Assembly (NCBI GenBank): GCA_001773575.1
Contig: MEXB01000004.1
Span: 10,217 to 74,216 of the forward strand
From: Candidatus Adlerbacteria bacterium RIFOXYC1_FULL_48_26
GTDB taxonomy: Bacteria > Patescibacteriota > Minisyncoccia > Phycocordibacterales > SBAW01
Direction of reading: 5' to 3'
DNA: 64,000 bases
The notes under the pieces were generated by a model, which had not been told where the DNA came from, ran no database searches, and saw nothing but the letters and a program-made list of their open reading frames with translations. Positions 36,730 to 46,549 of the stretch are shown here, one piece after another. The first letter of the stretch is position 1; each line of letters opens with the position of its first letter. A program made the position numbers and the translations under genes.

Positions 36730-39092
36730 CGGATCGAAAAAGACTGGTTTTGTTGGACACGCACGCGATTTTGCATCGGGCGTACCACGCGTTGCCAGAC
36801 TTTGCCTCTAAAAAAGGGGAGCCAACAGGTGCGCTCTACGGCGTTGTCTCTATGCTTCTAAAAATTATCGCGGACTTTAAGCCCGACTATATTATTGCGG
36901 CGGGGGATTTGCCCGGGCCAACTCTCCGCCATGCGGCGTTTGAAAACTACAAAGCGCAGCGTAAGGAAACAGATGATGCGCTTGTTTCGCAGATTGTTCG
37001 TTCACGCGATCTATTGGAGGCGTTCGGCATTCCCCTCTATGAAATGGCAGGGTACGAAGCTGACGACATCATCGGCACTGTAGCGAAAGAACTAAAGAAA
37101 GAAGTCGATGTTGTTATCGCATCAGGCGACATGGACATGCTCCAGCTTGTTGATGACGACAAGGTAACTGTCTTTACGTTTAAGAAAGGAATCAACGACA
37201 CGATTGTATATAACGAAGCGGCGGTACAAGAACGTTTTGGTTTTGGCCCTTCGCGTATTCCAGACTATAAAGGTTTGCGCGGTGACCCGTCTGACAATAT
37301 TCCTGGAGTAAAAGGAATTGGTGAAAAGACCGCGAGCACGCTGATACAACAGTTCGGCAGTGTTGAAGATATATATAAGGCCCTTAAGAAAGATCCAGAA
37401 AAACTTGGAGAGGCTGGAATAAAAGAGGGAATGATAAAGAAGTTGCAGGAACAGGAAGAAGAAGCTCTGTTTTCTAAGGAGCTGGCAACAATACACACCT
37501 CAGTGCCTATTCGTTTTTCATTGCCAAAAGAAGAATTCCGCAGCAACCTTTCAGAAAAGAAAGTTACTGCAATGCTCGAGGAGTTTGATTTCCGTTCGCT
37601 CGTTCCGCGCATGAGAAAACTGCTCGACTCGTCTATCCGAAATGAAGAGTTGTTTGCAGAAGTGCCTGCAGAGGAAAAACCTCTACCGGAAGATTTCCAT
37701 GAAGTTGCGCTTGCGGTCTCTGTGCTCGACGCAACAAACAGTGAACCAACGCTTGAAGACATTTACCGCATGGGGAATAGCGAGGATTTTGCTACAGCAA
37801 AAAAGAATATTCTTGCAGAGATACAGAAAGAGAATCTTGATTTTATATATAACAAAATGGAGATGCCTCTTTCTCCAGTGCTCCGCCGCATGGAGGCGCG
37901 TGGGGTGCTCGTAGACAAAGATTTTCTAGCAAAGCTTTCAACGGAGTACCACGAAGAGCTGGAGAAAATTGCTGCACGTATTTACGAAGCAGCGGGAGGG
38001 GAGTTCAATATTAATTCCCCAAAACAATTAGGAGACATACTTTTCGACAAACTTGGACTTGCGGTAAAGAATCAGAAAAAAACAGCAGGTGGGCAGCGTT
38101 CAACGCGCGAGTCTGAACTTGAGAAGATGCGCGAACTGCATCCTATCGTGGATGATATTTTAAAACACCGCGAATTGCAGAAACTTCTTTCTACGTATAT
38201 CGACAGTATTCCAACCTTGCTGGATAACGAGAATCGCCTCCACACTTCATATATACAAATAGGTGCGGGAACTGGCCGTATGGCATCGAAGAACCCTAAC
38301 TTGCAAAACATTCCTATTAAGAGTGACCTTGGTCGTGCTATTCGCAATGCGTTTATCGCAAGCCCTGGTATGGAGCTTGTGACCTTCGACTATTCGCAGA
38401 TCGAACTTCGCGTTGCAGCATTTCTTTCTAAAGACCCAACACTTACAGAGATCTTTAAAACTGGGGGAGATGTCCATACAGAAGTAGCAACGCGCGTCTT
38501 CCACGTTAAACCAGAAGATGTGACGTATGAAATGCGTCGACGCGCCAAGGTTATTAACTTCGGCATTATCTACGGCATGGGTGTGAATGCGCTTCGTGAG
38601 TCTCTCGGCACAACGCGTGGAGAGGCTCAGGAGTTTTATGATCAATATTTTGCAGCCTTTCCACGACTCGCAAAATATCTAGAAGAAATAAAAGCCGATG
38701 CGACACGAACAGGGTACACGCAGACACACTTCGGCCGCATTCGATACTTCGAAGGGTTAAAGTCGCCAATTCCATACATCAAAGCAGCGGCTGAACGTGC
38801 CGCAGTAAATGCACCGTTCCAGGGAACCGCAGCCGACTTGCTCAAACTCGCGATGATAGAGATTGGCGCATGGGTAGAAAAAGAGAATCTGGGAGACGAT
38901 GTGCACATGCTTCTCCAGGTACACGACGAATTGGTATTTGAAATTAAGAAATCAGAAGTTGAATCTGCCGCACAACAAATCAAGAAACGTATGGAGGGGG
39001 TTATGTCTGAAAAAGAGAGTGGGGGTATTCCATTTCTTGCTGAAGGAAAGATTGGAAAAAACTGGGGTGAGATGAAACCGCTAAAAGTATGA
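36726..39092 (+). CDS. polA: DNA polymerase I (5'-3' exonuclease plus polymerase)
   Basis: N-terminal FEN-like domain (LVLLDTHAILHRAYHA), polymerase motifs A (DYSQIELR) and C (QVHDE). Confidence 0.95.
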   Translation: MTDRKRLVLLDTHAILHRAYHALPDFASKKGEPTGALYGVVSMLLKIIADFKPDYIIAAGDLPGPTLRHAAFENYKAQRKETDDALVSQIVRSRDLLEAFGIPLYEMAGYEADDIIGTVAKELKKEVDVVIASGDMDMLQLVDDDKVTVFTFKKGINDTIVYNEAAVQERFGFGPSRIPDYKGLRGDPSDNIPGVKGIGEKTASTLIQQFGSVEDIYKALKKDPEKLGEAGIKEGMIKKLQEQEEEALFSKELATIHTSVPIRFSLPKEEFRSNLSEKKVTAMLEEFDFRSLVPRMRKLLDSSIRNEELFAEVPAEEKPLPEDFHEVALAVSVLDATNSEPTLEDIYRMGNSEDFATAKKNILAEIQKENLDFIYNKMEMPLSPVLRRMEARGVLVDKDFLAKLSTEYHEELEKIAARIYEAAGGEFNINSPKQLGDILFDKLGLAVKNQKKTAGGQRSTRESELEKMRELHPIVDDILKHRELQKLLSTYIDSIPTLLDNENRLHTSYIQIGAGTGRMASKNPNLQNIPIKSDLGRAIRNAFIASPGMELVTFDYSQIELRVAAFLSKDPTLTEIFKTGGDVHTEVATRVFHVKPEDVTYEMRRRAKVINFGIIYGMGVNALRESLGTTRGEAQEFYDQYFAAFPRLAKYLEEIKADATRTGYTQTHFGRIRYFEGLKSPIPYIKAAAERAAVNAPFQGTAADLLKLAMIEIGAWVEKENLGDDVHMLLQVHDELVFEIKKSEVESAAQQIKKRMEGVMSEKESGGIPFLAEGKIGKNWGEMKPLKV

Positions 39093-39733
39093 TTCATGTA
39101 ATTGTTGGAAACGCGCCGCAGCAAAAATTCTCCGGAGCGAGCCGCGAAAGAGGCGCAAGCGAGCGAGGAGAAGTTTTTGCGCAGGCGATGGATCTCAAAT
39201 GGGAAACAATCACCATTGAAGAGTTGGCGGACATCGCATCAACTCCAACTCTGTTTGGTGGTTCACAAACCTATAAACTCGCTGGTGCTATTGCAGGTGA
39301 GAGGGGAGAAGAGTTCCTAGAGTTGGCGGACGGTTTGGTGGAGTCGCCACACACCTTCATTTTTGAAGAAGAAAAACTTCTTAAGAAACCAACCGATATT
39401 CTCAAAAAAGCTGGAGCAAAATTAGAGATCCACGAGCCAAAGAAAAAAGAGGAGACGTTTAACATGTTTGCATTGGCAACAGTGTTTGGCACCCGCGATC
39501 GCAAGAAACTCTGGCTTATGCTCAATAAAGCCTCTCGTGCAGGCGCGGCCCCTGAAGCTGTTGCCGGCATGATGCACTGGAAAGTCCGCGACATGATGGC
39601 TAAAGGCAGCTCTACATACAAAAAAGAAGAATTGCAAAAGATATCGCGCACGTTGGTGACCCTGTACCACGACTCCCACCGCGGAGCAGGGGACCTCGAG
39701 CTTCTTCTTGAGCGCTTCGCGCTCAAGCTATAA
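39089..39733 (+). CDS. Hypothetical protein, possibly DNA polymerase III delta (HolA)-like
   Basis: Translationally coupled to polA by a 4-nt overlap. Weak resemblance to the HolA N- and C-terminal regions. Confidence 0.35.
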   Translation: MIHVIVGNAPQQKFSGASRERGASERGEVFAQAMDLKWETITIEELADIASTPTLFGGSQTYKLAGAIAGERGEEFLELADGLVESPHTFIFEEEKLLKKPTDILKKAGAKLEIHEPKKKEETFNMFALATVFGTRDRKKLWLMLNKASRAGAAPEAVAGMMHWKVRDMMAKGSSTYKKEELQKISRTLVTLYHDSHRGAGDLELLLERFALKL

Positions 39734-40420
39734 TTGCAGGTAATGGCAAAAGGCTTTTTTCTAGGACTGCTCGGACTCTTTTTTGCGACAGTTCTTATGT
39801 TGTTTGCATATCAACTCAATATGCTACCTGCGTCTGTGTATCCTTTTGCATACAAAATCATGCAGGCATTCTCATTTATTGCACCTGTCCCTCCAGCGCT
39901 TGAGAAGTTTGAAGGTACATGGGTTGTGACGTTTACTCCTACGCGGCCGCAGTCGGACCTTGGTACCTGCGCAATCCCAAGCGGCTTATTGCGTACGCAC
40001 GCAGGTGCATTTACTGGTAATGTCGGATCTTCAGTGCCTATTAAGGCAAGTACAACTGACGACGGCAGGCTTACGGGTGTTATTGGAAACGGTTCGACAC
40101 TGCGAAAAGGAACGCTTGTCGCCTACATAGAGAAGGGGGCAGGCCAAGGAACATGGAAAGATGATTTTGAATGTGAGGGCAGCGTGCTGTTAACAAAACA
40201 ACAACTGGTAACGGACCCTATACAAGGGAAGGTGGTGTCATCTGGGGACGACAGCATACTGGTGCGCAGCGGCGAGCTTCGTTCATTGCGGCCGGGTATG
40301 CCGCTGTATCGTGGAGATATAATCGAAGCTCACAGTGGCACAGTGTTGCTTGGCATGGGGGCTGCGTTTGAGACAGCAGTAAACCTCACTCCTTCTATGA
40401 CCTACAAAGTCGGGCAGTGA
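39734..40420 (+). CDS. Hypothetical membrane-anchored protein
   Basis: N-terminal TM FFLGLLGLFFATVLMLFAY, then a soluble domain. Confidence 0.5.
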   Translation: MQVMAKGFFLGLLGLFFATVLMLFAYQLNMLPASVYPFAYKIMQAFSFIAPVPPALEKFEGTWVVTFTPTRPQSDLGTCAIPSGLLRTHAGAFTGNVGSSVPIKASTTDDGRLTGVIGNGSTLRKGTLVAYIEKGAGQGTWKDDFECEGSVLLTKQQLVTDPIQGKVVSSGDDSILVRSGELRSLRPGMPLYRGDIIEAHSGTVLLGMGAAFETAVNLTPSMTYKVGQ

Positions 40421-40445
40421 TGTGATAGAGTGCACAAGTAAAAAT

Positions 40446-40518
40446 GCGCCCATAGCTCAGTCGGTAGAGCGGCTCCCTTTTAAGGAGATGGTCCCAGGTT
40501 CGAATCCTGGTGGGCGCA
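40446..40518 (+). tRNA. tRNA-Lys (anticodon UUU)
   Basis: Cloverleaf GCGCCCA/TGGGCGC acceptor, D-arm TAGCTCAGTCGGTAGAGC, anticodon loop CUUUUAA, T-loop GGTTCGAATCC. CCA not encoded. Confidence 0.85.
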
Positions 40519-40611
40519 CTAAAGTAAGTTTTGTTACCTTTTTTGAAACCCGCAGTTCTAATGGGTGTCTAGAACTAACTAAACAAAAAGTATGAAAAAT
40601 AAGGTGCTGGG

Positions 40612-40657
40612 ATTAGCCGGGGAGGCCGCTCCGATGGAGTAAGGCCTCCCCGGCGTA
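40612..40657. terminator. GC-rich hairpin terminator downstream of the TrmH-family methyltransferase
   Basis: gccggggaggcc-N15-ggcctccccggc, a 12-bp perfect stem. Confidence 0.5.
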
Positions 40658-40658
40658 T

Positions 40659-41129
40659 TTATTTAAGAAGGGTGAACATTGCGACACCAGCCGCCACGGA
40701 AACATTCAACGACTCCTTTTTGCCACGCATAGGTATCTGGGCAATGACATCGCACTGCTTGAGGGTTGGTTTTGATACCCCCTCCACCTCATTGCCTAAT
40801 ATAAGTGCAAGTTTCTCGCCTTTCTTTGGTTTGTACTTGAATAGGTTTACCGACTTTTTATCGAGCTCTATCGCGACAATAGTAAAACCCTCTTTCTTTA
40901 GTTGTTTGATAGCCGCCCCAATTGTCTTGAGTTGAGTCCAAGGCACCATGTTTTCCGCGCCAAGAGACACCTTTGCAAAGTCTTTACGGGGCTGCCCAAG
41001 GTGGTCGATAGGCGAAGGGGAGTAGCCTGTGAGGATTATTTTAGAAACGCCAGCGCCATCCGCCGTGCGAAATATTGAACCAACGTTATGAACGCTGCGG
41101 ATATTATGAAGTATGACGGCTGATTCCAT
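40659..41129 (-). CDS. SpoU/TrmH-family RNA 2'-O-methyltransferase
   Basis: NVGSIFRTADGAGV motif and SPOUT fold. Confidence 0.8.
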   Translation of the reverse strand: MESAVILHNIRSVHNVGSIFRTADGAGVSKIILTGYSPSPIDHLGQPRKDFAKVSLGAENMVPWTQLKTIGAAIKQLKKEGFTIVAIELDKKSVNLFKYKPKKGEKLALILGNEVEGVSKPTLKQCDVIAQIPMRGKKESLNVSVAAGVAMFTLLK

Positions 41130-41146
41130 TTTGCCACTCTAACAAA

Positions 41147-41551
41147 CTAGAGCGGTAAATCCATCGCGAATGCGCCTCCGCCAGTGACAAGCAATGAGAG
41201 ACAGATAACAAATACGAGTACGTATGTTCCGCGTGAGAGGGGAACGAGGTGTTGAATGCGGTTAGGAAGAAACAGGCCGTACTTCAACGCGATAGCTCCA
41301 CCGAGGATGGCTGCGCCTTGTGTCCCGTACCCGAAGAACAATGCAAACGCTGTAAGCATTGTGATGCTGGTGGCAATCCAAACGAGCGCCAGGCCAGGCT
41401 TACCGATAATAGGAAGCTCTGTCTGCATAGCAACGCGGCGGTTTTTCAATATGTAATATGCGCTGTAGCCAAGGCAAAACGCTGCAGCTATGCGTAAAAG
41501 TGTTGGAGCGAGATGGCCAAGAAACAAAATTTCTGGAAATGGATTAAGCAT
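41147..41551 (-). CDS. Small polytopic membrane protein (DoxX-like)
   Basis: Four predicted TM helices; LLRIAAAFCLGYSAYYIL resembles DoxX. Confidence 0.4.
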   Translation of the reverse strand: MLNPFPEILFLGHLAPTLLRIAAAFCLGYSAYYILKNRRVAMQTELPIIGKPGLALVWIATSITMLTAFALFFGYGTQGAAILGGAIALKYGLFLPNRIQHLVPLSRGTYVLVFVICLSLLVTGGGAFAMDLPL

Positions 41552-41555
41552 ATAT

Positions 41556-42854
41556 TTATACTACCGCGTTTAAAAGTTTCTGCAGTTCTTCTTCTGCAAC
41601 CTTTCTGTCACTCCACTCTTGTTTAGATTTACGAGGTCCCATGATGTAGGGGTCTGTGCCTTTGCCAGTGATAAGAACAACAGAACCTTTGTGTGCAAGG
41701 CGTAGAGCCGCTGCGATAGCCTCGCGGCGGTCGAGGATAACTTGAGGTTTATGAACTACAAAACCTGATGCAATTTCATTCACAATCTTATTTGGGTCCT
41801 CATCATACGGATCTTCATTAGTAAGTATTGCTGCAGAAGCACGTTCATCGGCAATCTTTCCCATCTGGGGGCGCTTCCATTGGTCGCGACCGCCACCTGT
41901 TGAGCCCATAACGCAGATAATGTCTTTACCTTTGTATGCTTCGAGCAACGCTTCAAGTGAGTCTGGGGTGTGAGCGTAGTCCACGACAACGCGGAAATCC
42001 TGGCCGCACTCAACACTTTCTGCACGGCCAGCAACGGCAGGCACATGTTCAAGGGCCTTACGCATAACGTTCTGCGGAACGCCAAGTGCGTCACAGAGAG
42101 TTATTGCTGCAAGAATATTTCTTAGATTGAAAAGCCCTGGCATTGGAGCAGTAAAAAGTGTCCCGCCTTTGTATACAAAACGAACACTGGTGTCATCGAC
42201 GGTATACGGCTGTGCGTCCTGGAGTGAGAAGGGGAGATGATGCTCAACATCTATGTTAAGGAAAGTTTCTCCATATCTGTCGTCTACGTTTGCAACAATG
42301 TAGCGTGGGCGCTTCTTCGATTCTTCCAAATGCTGTGCAAGTTTTAGTTTCGCAGCGACATACGCTTCCATGCTTCCATGAGATTCAATATGTTCTGGTT
42401 GAAGGTTGGTGAAAATAAGTGCATCCAACTCGATTCCTTTGTGGCGGAACTGGCGAGCACCTTCAGAAGTCATTTCAATAACTGCGTGGGTGCAGCCGGC
42501 ATCAACTGCTTTGCGCAAAAACTTTTGCAAGTATGCGCGGCCAGGCATTGTCATCTTGAACAAGTTCGGCTCGCTCTGGTCGCCGATTTTAAATTGCACC
42601 GTAGATGCAAGCGCTACTTTATGCCCATTAGCTGCAAGTAAGGTGCGAACAAGTTCTGATGTTGTAGATTTTCCTTTTGTTCCTGTTACTCCAATGACAA
42701 AGAGTTTTTTAGAAGGGAAGCGGCACACTACCGCGCCCGCGTAGGCGAAGAGAAGGTGATACCAACCGATAACGCGTTTTGGAATTAAATCGCGGATCAT
42801 ATTATGCGTGTTTTGCGGTGCCAAGGTATTTAAGGGCTGCGGCAAGCCTCTCAT
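41556..42854 (-). CDS. Mur ligase family protein (MurE/MurF-like UDP-N-acetylmuramoyl-peptide ligase)
   Basis: GVTGTKGKSTTS P-loop plus Mur ligase middle and C-terminal domains. Short N-terminal domain, so exact paralogue uncertain. Confidence 0.65.
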   Translation of the reverse strand: MRGLPQPLNTLAPQNTHNMIRDLIPKRVIGWYHLLFAYAGAVVCRFPSKKLFVIGVTGTKGKSTTSELVRTLLAANGHKVALASTVQFKIGDQSEPNLFKMTMPGRAYLQKFLRKAVDAGCTHAVIEMTSEGARQFRHKGIELDALIFTNLQPEHIESHGSMEAYVAAKLKLAQHLEESKKRPRYIVANVDDRYGETFLNIDVEHHLPFSLQDAQPYTVDDTSVRFVYKGGTLFTAPMPGLFNLRNILAAITLCDALGVPQNVMRKALEHVPAVAGRAESVECGQDFRVVVDYAHTPDSLEALLEAYKGKDIICVMGSTGGGRDQWKRPQMGKIADERASAAILTNEDPYDEDPNKIVNEIASGFVVHKPQVILDRREAIAAALRLAHKGSVVLITGKGTDPYIMGPRKSKQEWSDRKVAEEELQKLLNAVV

Positions 42855-43413
42855 TTACTGACGAGCTAATGATCCCTTCACTTACCGAACCCGCTTCTTT
42901 AAGTGCGTGGCGTGCTTCGTCGGCGCGGTAGCCTAGGGCCATCAAGGCTTCAATAACTTCGGCGTCATCAGACGAGCCTGCAAGAGGGGAACCAGATATA
43001 CCAGAGAGAAATGTTATTTTGTCGCGGAGCTCAACAACAAGACGTTCTGCGCTTTTCTTGCCAATGCCAAATACCTTAACGAGCATAACTGAGTCGCCTG
43101 CAGCGATGGCGCGTTTGAGGGAGACAACATCCGCAACATTTAATATTCCAAGGGCAGTCTTAGGGCCAATACCAGATACACTCATCAACTGCTTAAAGAA
43201 GGCGAGCTCCTCTTCTGTAGGGAAGCCGTAGAGGTCGAGAGCGTCCTCGGCGACCCGCGTATATATAAAGAGAGAAACTTCAGAGCCGGTATTTTTGAGT
43301 ATATCGAGAGCAAGAAGAGGGGTGCGGACGCAATATCCAACACCACCAACCTCAATAAGTATCTCGCCCGGCGTGGCGGTGCTGCTTAGTCGCCCCGTCA
43401 ATTTGCCAATCAT
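42802..43413 (-). CDS. ruvA: Holliday junction DNA helicase RuvA
   Basis: MIGKLTGRL.. OB-fold and HhH motif GIGPKTALGIL. Confidence 0.9.
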   Translation of the reverse strand: MIGKLTGRLSSTATPGEILIEVGGVGYCVRTPLLALDILKNTGSEVSLFIYTRVAEDALDLYGFPTEEELAFFKQLMSVSGIGPKTALGILNVADVVSLKRAIAAGDSVMLVKVFGIGKKSAERLVVELRDKITFLSGISGSPLAGSSDDAEVIEALMALGYRADEARHALKEAGSVSEGIISSSVNERLAAALKYLGTAKHA

Positions 43414-43487
43414 TCAATAATCATACTCTAGGTCGGCAGCCTTCAGGAAGTTGCTTTTTTAGGAATTAATGCGTAATATCTTCACAT

Positions 43488-43730
43488 ATGGCAATTACCA
43501 AAGGAGCAAAGAAGGCCCTCCGCCAGTCTGCACGTAAGCAGGCTATGAACCGCACCCGCAAGGATGCGATGCGTGAGGCTACGAAGGCAGTACGTACGGC
43601 GCCGAAAGGTGACAAGGCAGCACTCGCTGCAGCGTACAAGGCGATAGACAAAGCACTTAAGCGCGGCATCTTGAAGAAGAACACCGCAGCTCGCCGTAAG
43701 GCAAAGGTTGCTAAAGCTCTCGCGAAATAA
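43488..43730 (+). CDS. rpsT: 30S ribosomal protein S20
   Basis: Basic 80-aa protein MAITKGAKKALRQSARKQAMNRTRK... Confidence 0.9.
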   Translation: MAITKGAKKALRQSARKQAMNRTRKDAMREATKAVRTAPKGDKAALAAAYKAIDKALKRGILKKNTAARRKAKVAKALAK

Positions 43731-43731
43731 T

Positions 43732-43764
43732 AAAAACCCCGCCCACAAGGCGGGATTTTTGTTT
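43732..43764 (+). terminator. Rho-independent terminator
   Basis: aaaaaccccgcc-caca-aggcgggattttt. Confidence 0.75.
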
Positions 43765-43778
43765 ATAGTCCGTGTAGA

Positions 43779-44624
43779 ATGGGCGCAATGACCGATATCG
43801 AGCAGGATTTTATAGAGTTCGTTGCAGACAGAAATAATGAAACTGTTGAAGCTACTCGCGTTCGATACGAAGCTTCAAAGGCGTATCTAAACTTCGGATC
43901 AAAAGAATTTTCTGCGCATGGAAGCGCGAACAGCCAGATACTCCAGGTATTTTTTAACGACCAAAGCGAGAAGTCGCTTTTTGAATCATATAGACACCAT
44001 GCCTACGAGGACATGCTTCGAATGTTGTCGTACTCCTTTGAGAAGCCAGCAACCATAAAAGGGTATGTAAAAACTTTAGTGAAGGCAGTAAAGAAAGGGG
44101 ATTGGGCAAAAATAACTTCTTTTTTGAGTCGTTTTAAGAAGCGACATGTAAACGGAGAGAAAAAAATCTCTAAAGCAGAATGGTTGCTTGGTGCATACTC
44201 AGCTCCAACAGTTCTCGACTATGGATGCGGCATAGCCTCGCTGTCTTTTGAAATGGCGAAGCACTCGCCTCAATCGAAAATAATTCTTGTTGACCTGGAT
44301 ACAGTAAAGCTCGACTTCGTTGAATTTAGATTTAAAAAGCATGGGATTAGCTACGAGATAGTACGTATACAGGAACATAATCAGTATCCAGAACTGCCAC
44401 GCCATACCATCTGTATAGCTACAGACGTTCTAGAACATCTCCACGAGCCGCTTGTGGCATACGCGCATATTCGAGACAGTATGGAACAAGGGGGAGTGCT
44501 ATACGGAAACTTCGAGAACCACAAAGAAGAGATGTTCCATGTACATGCTGATATGAAAGATGTGCGTGAGGCTGTAGCTAAAGACTATGACGAAGTGGAT
44601 AGAGGCCTTTACCAAAAACGTTAA
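43779..44624 (+). CDS. Class I SAM-dependent methyltransferase
   Basis: VLDYGCGIASLS motif I and ILVDLD motif II. Confidence 0.7.
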   Translation: MGAMTDIEQDFIEFVADRNNETVEATRVRYEASKAYLNFGSKEFSAHGSANSQILQVFFNDQSEKSLFESYRHHAYEDMLRMLSYSFEKPATIKGYVKTLVKAVKKGDWAKITSFLSRFKKRHVNGEKKISKAEWLLGAYSAPTVLDYGCGIASLSFEMAKHSPQSKIILVDLDTVKLDFVEFRFKKHGISYEIVRIQEHNQYPELPRHTICIATDVLEHLHEPLVAYAHIRDSMEQGGVLYGNFENHKEEMFHVHADMKDVREAVAKDYDEVDRGLYQKR

Positions 44625-44629
44625 AAAAG

Positions 44630-44662
44630 AAAAACCACCCGATAAGGGTGGTTTTTTATTTC
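44630..44662. terminator. Bidirectional terminator
   Basis: aaaccaccc-gataa-gggtggttttttat. Confidence 0.7.
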
Positions 44663-45030
44663 TTCACTGGGAAGAATTGTATAGGGAAGGAAACTTCCTT
44701 CACGAAGACCCAGAACGAAACTCTGCCTGAAAGATTCTCCCCGCTACGTCGTAGGGCAAATCTGTAGGTGACGCCAGTTTCTTGGTCAGTGTGCTTGATG
44801 GTGAGTGTCCCATCATTCAGGAGCGCCACGCCTGTAGCGGCTCTTCCTCGAGCTTTAATCGTGTAGTTGCACTGGTCGCTGAAGTCCAGGTCGAGCGGTT
44901 CGTCGTAAGGGTTATGCCGTTGTCCGACAATTTCAGCGCACGAGCTGATGGGGGTCGTCGGGGCTGTTTGCGCATACGCGGTGTTTCCGAGAAAGAGAAC
45001 CGCGGACAGCGTCAGTACAAACGTACGCAT
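44656..45030 (-). CDS. Hypothetical small secreted protein
   Basis: Signal peptide MRTFVLTLSAVLFLGNTAYA. Confidence 0.5.
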   Translation of the reverse strand: MRTFVLTLSAVLFLGNTAYAQTAPTTPISSCAEIVGQRHNPYDEPLDLDFSDQCNYTIKARGRAATGVALLNDGTLTIKHTDQETGVTYRFALRRSGENLSGRVSFWVFVKEVSFPIQFFPVKK

Positions 45031-45075
45031 AAGGGTCTCCCTTCAAAGAGGTTCAACTGACTATAGTTATAACGC

Positions 45076-45109
45076 AAAACGCGCCCGAAGGCGCGTTTTT
45101 GCTTTTTTT
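45076..45109. terminator. Bidirectional terminator downstream of the tRNA-Arg on the minus strand
   Basis: aaacgcgcc-cgaa-ggcgcgttt with T-runs. Confidence 0.65.
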
Positions 45110-45110
45110 G

Positions 45111-45182
45111 TGCTCCCGGTAGGAATCGAACCTACATTACAAACTCCGCAAGCTTGCGTCCTATCCATTGAACGACGGGAGC
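45111..45182 (-). tRNA. tRNA-Arg (anticodon reads GCG by my manual fold)
   Basis: Acceptor GCTCCCG/CGGGAGC, T-arm GTAGGTTCGATTCCTAC, anticodon stem CAAGC/GTTTG with loop UUGCGGA. Confidence 0.7.
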
Positions 45183-45214
45183 GATTAACACACACTACGG
45201 TAAAACAAGCGATT

Positions 45215-45733
45215 TTACAACCCGAAAATTTCTGAGATATGTTCGATTAGGAAAGGTTTTCTGTCTTCCTCTTCGGCTTCTTTTGCGTATTTCAAACACA
45301 ACGTGCGAACTTGTTCGCTGTGGTCGGCGCTGTCGAGCGGGATTATGATGCGCGGCATAAGGAGGGAGTGGGTGGTGAGGTAGAGACGAGGTTCTTCTTT
45401 TGCTTGGTCTACATGTATCCAGAACGCATCTACAGATTTCCACGCGTACAGAGTGCCGTCGAGTGTTGCTCCGCGTGCATCAAGCTTCACCTGATGTTCT
45501 CGCGGGCCGCGAACATTGAGCGTGCCTATAGAAATGCCACCGATAAGCAGAATAAGACCCAACAATATATTTCCAAAAAGTATTGAGGCGCCTGTGCCAA
45601 CTACAGTTAAGAGGCCGAGCGCCCAGTACCAGTCGGTTGAATGATCTTTATGTTCGTGCGTAAGCACGTGCCAAACGATTTCCTCCGGCTGGGGCATGCG
45701 TAAAGTATACACCGGTGTATTAAACTGCTTCAT
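45215..45733 (-). CDS. Hypothetical membrane protein (2 TM)
   Basis: ORF with hydrophobic helices WALGLLTVVGTGASILFGNILLGLILLIGGISI. Confidence 0.5.
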   Translation of the reverse strand: MKQFNTPVYTLRMPQPEEIVWHVLTHEHKDHSTDWYWALGLLTVVGTGASILFGNILLGLILLIGGISIGTLNVRGPREHQVKLDARGATLDGTLYAWKSVDAFWIHVDQAKEEPRLYLTTHSLLMPRIIIPLDSADHSEQVRTLCLKYAKEAEEEDRKPFLIEHISEIFGL

Positions 45734-45809
45734 AAAATCTTTGTAATCAAGGTATTACTATGAACGTCTTCATACTGTGATTACTCGAACTAACTAAACT
45801 CATACATAT

Positions 45810-46487
45810 ATGCACTTACTTATAGTTGAGGACGAAGAAAAGTTAGCAAAAGCCCTTAAGAAGGGGCTTGAGATGCGCGGGTATGCCGTAGATTGGCTTC
45901 CTGATTCTGAAAAAGCACGTTCGCGCATCATTATGTATCGCAACGAATACGATCTTGTGTTGATGGATTTGATGATGCCGACGCTGGATGGCGCGGCGCT
46001 TACTCAAGCAGTGCGCGCAGAGGGAGTTACTACACCAATTATTATCCTGACCGCGCGTGATGAGACAGAACATAAGGTGGACCTGCTCAACAAGGGCGCT
46101 GACGACTATATCGTTAAGCCATTCTCATTTGAAGAACTTATTGCCCGTATAAATTCTGTGCTCCGCCGCCCTGCAGAGTCTAAGCCCGTAGTGCTCCAGG
46201 TTGGGGCTATCGAGATGGATCCTGCAACGCGCACAGTAAAGGTCGATAAAGGAGAAGTAGATCTCACACTCAAAGAGTTCTCGTTGCTCGAATGTTTTAT
46301 GCGCGAGCCTAATGTCGTGCTCACCCGTGAGAAACTCTTCGACCATGTGTGGGACTTCAATCTTCTCTCGTGGTCTAACGTGTTGGATGTACACATGAAA
46401 AACCTACGCAAGAAACTCAGCACCAAACACAACGACACGTACTTCGAAACCGTTCGCGGGGTAGGGTATAAGCTAGTCACAGCGTAA
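45810..46487 (+). CDS. OmpR-family two-component response regulator (orphan)
   Basis: Receiver domain (LLIVEDEE...DLVLMDLMMP) plus winged-helix C-terminus. No histidine kinase adjacent. Confidence 0.85.
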   Translation: MHLLIVEDEEKLAKALKKGLEMRGYAVDWLPDSEKARSRIIMYRNEYDLVLMDLMMPTLDGAALTQAVRAEGVTTPIIILTARDETEHKVDLLNKGADDYIVKPFSFEELIARINSVLRRPAESKPVVLQVGAIEMDPATRTVKVDKGEVDLTLKEFSLLECFMREPNVVLTREKLFDHVWDFNLLSWSNVLDVHMKNLRKKLSTKHNDTYFETVRGVGYKLVTA

Positions 46488-46494
46488 ATATGTA

Positions 46495-46532
46495 GGCACG
46501 CAAAACCCCGCATGAATGGATGCGGGGTTAGC
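46495..46532 (-). terminator. Terminator for the minus-strand gene 46550-47275
   Basis: aaaccccgcat-gaatgg-atgcggggtt, followed by a T-run on the minus strand. Confidence 0.6.
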
Positions 46533-46549
46533 GTTACTTCAGCTCGAGG

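Noticed and set aside
40572-40584. 13-nt exact match gaactaactaaac shared with 45787-45799 in two intergenic regions
   Set aside because: Exact 13-mers are expected many times by chance in 64 kb on both strands. It is not significant without further copies.
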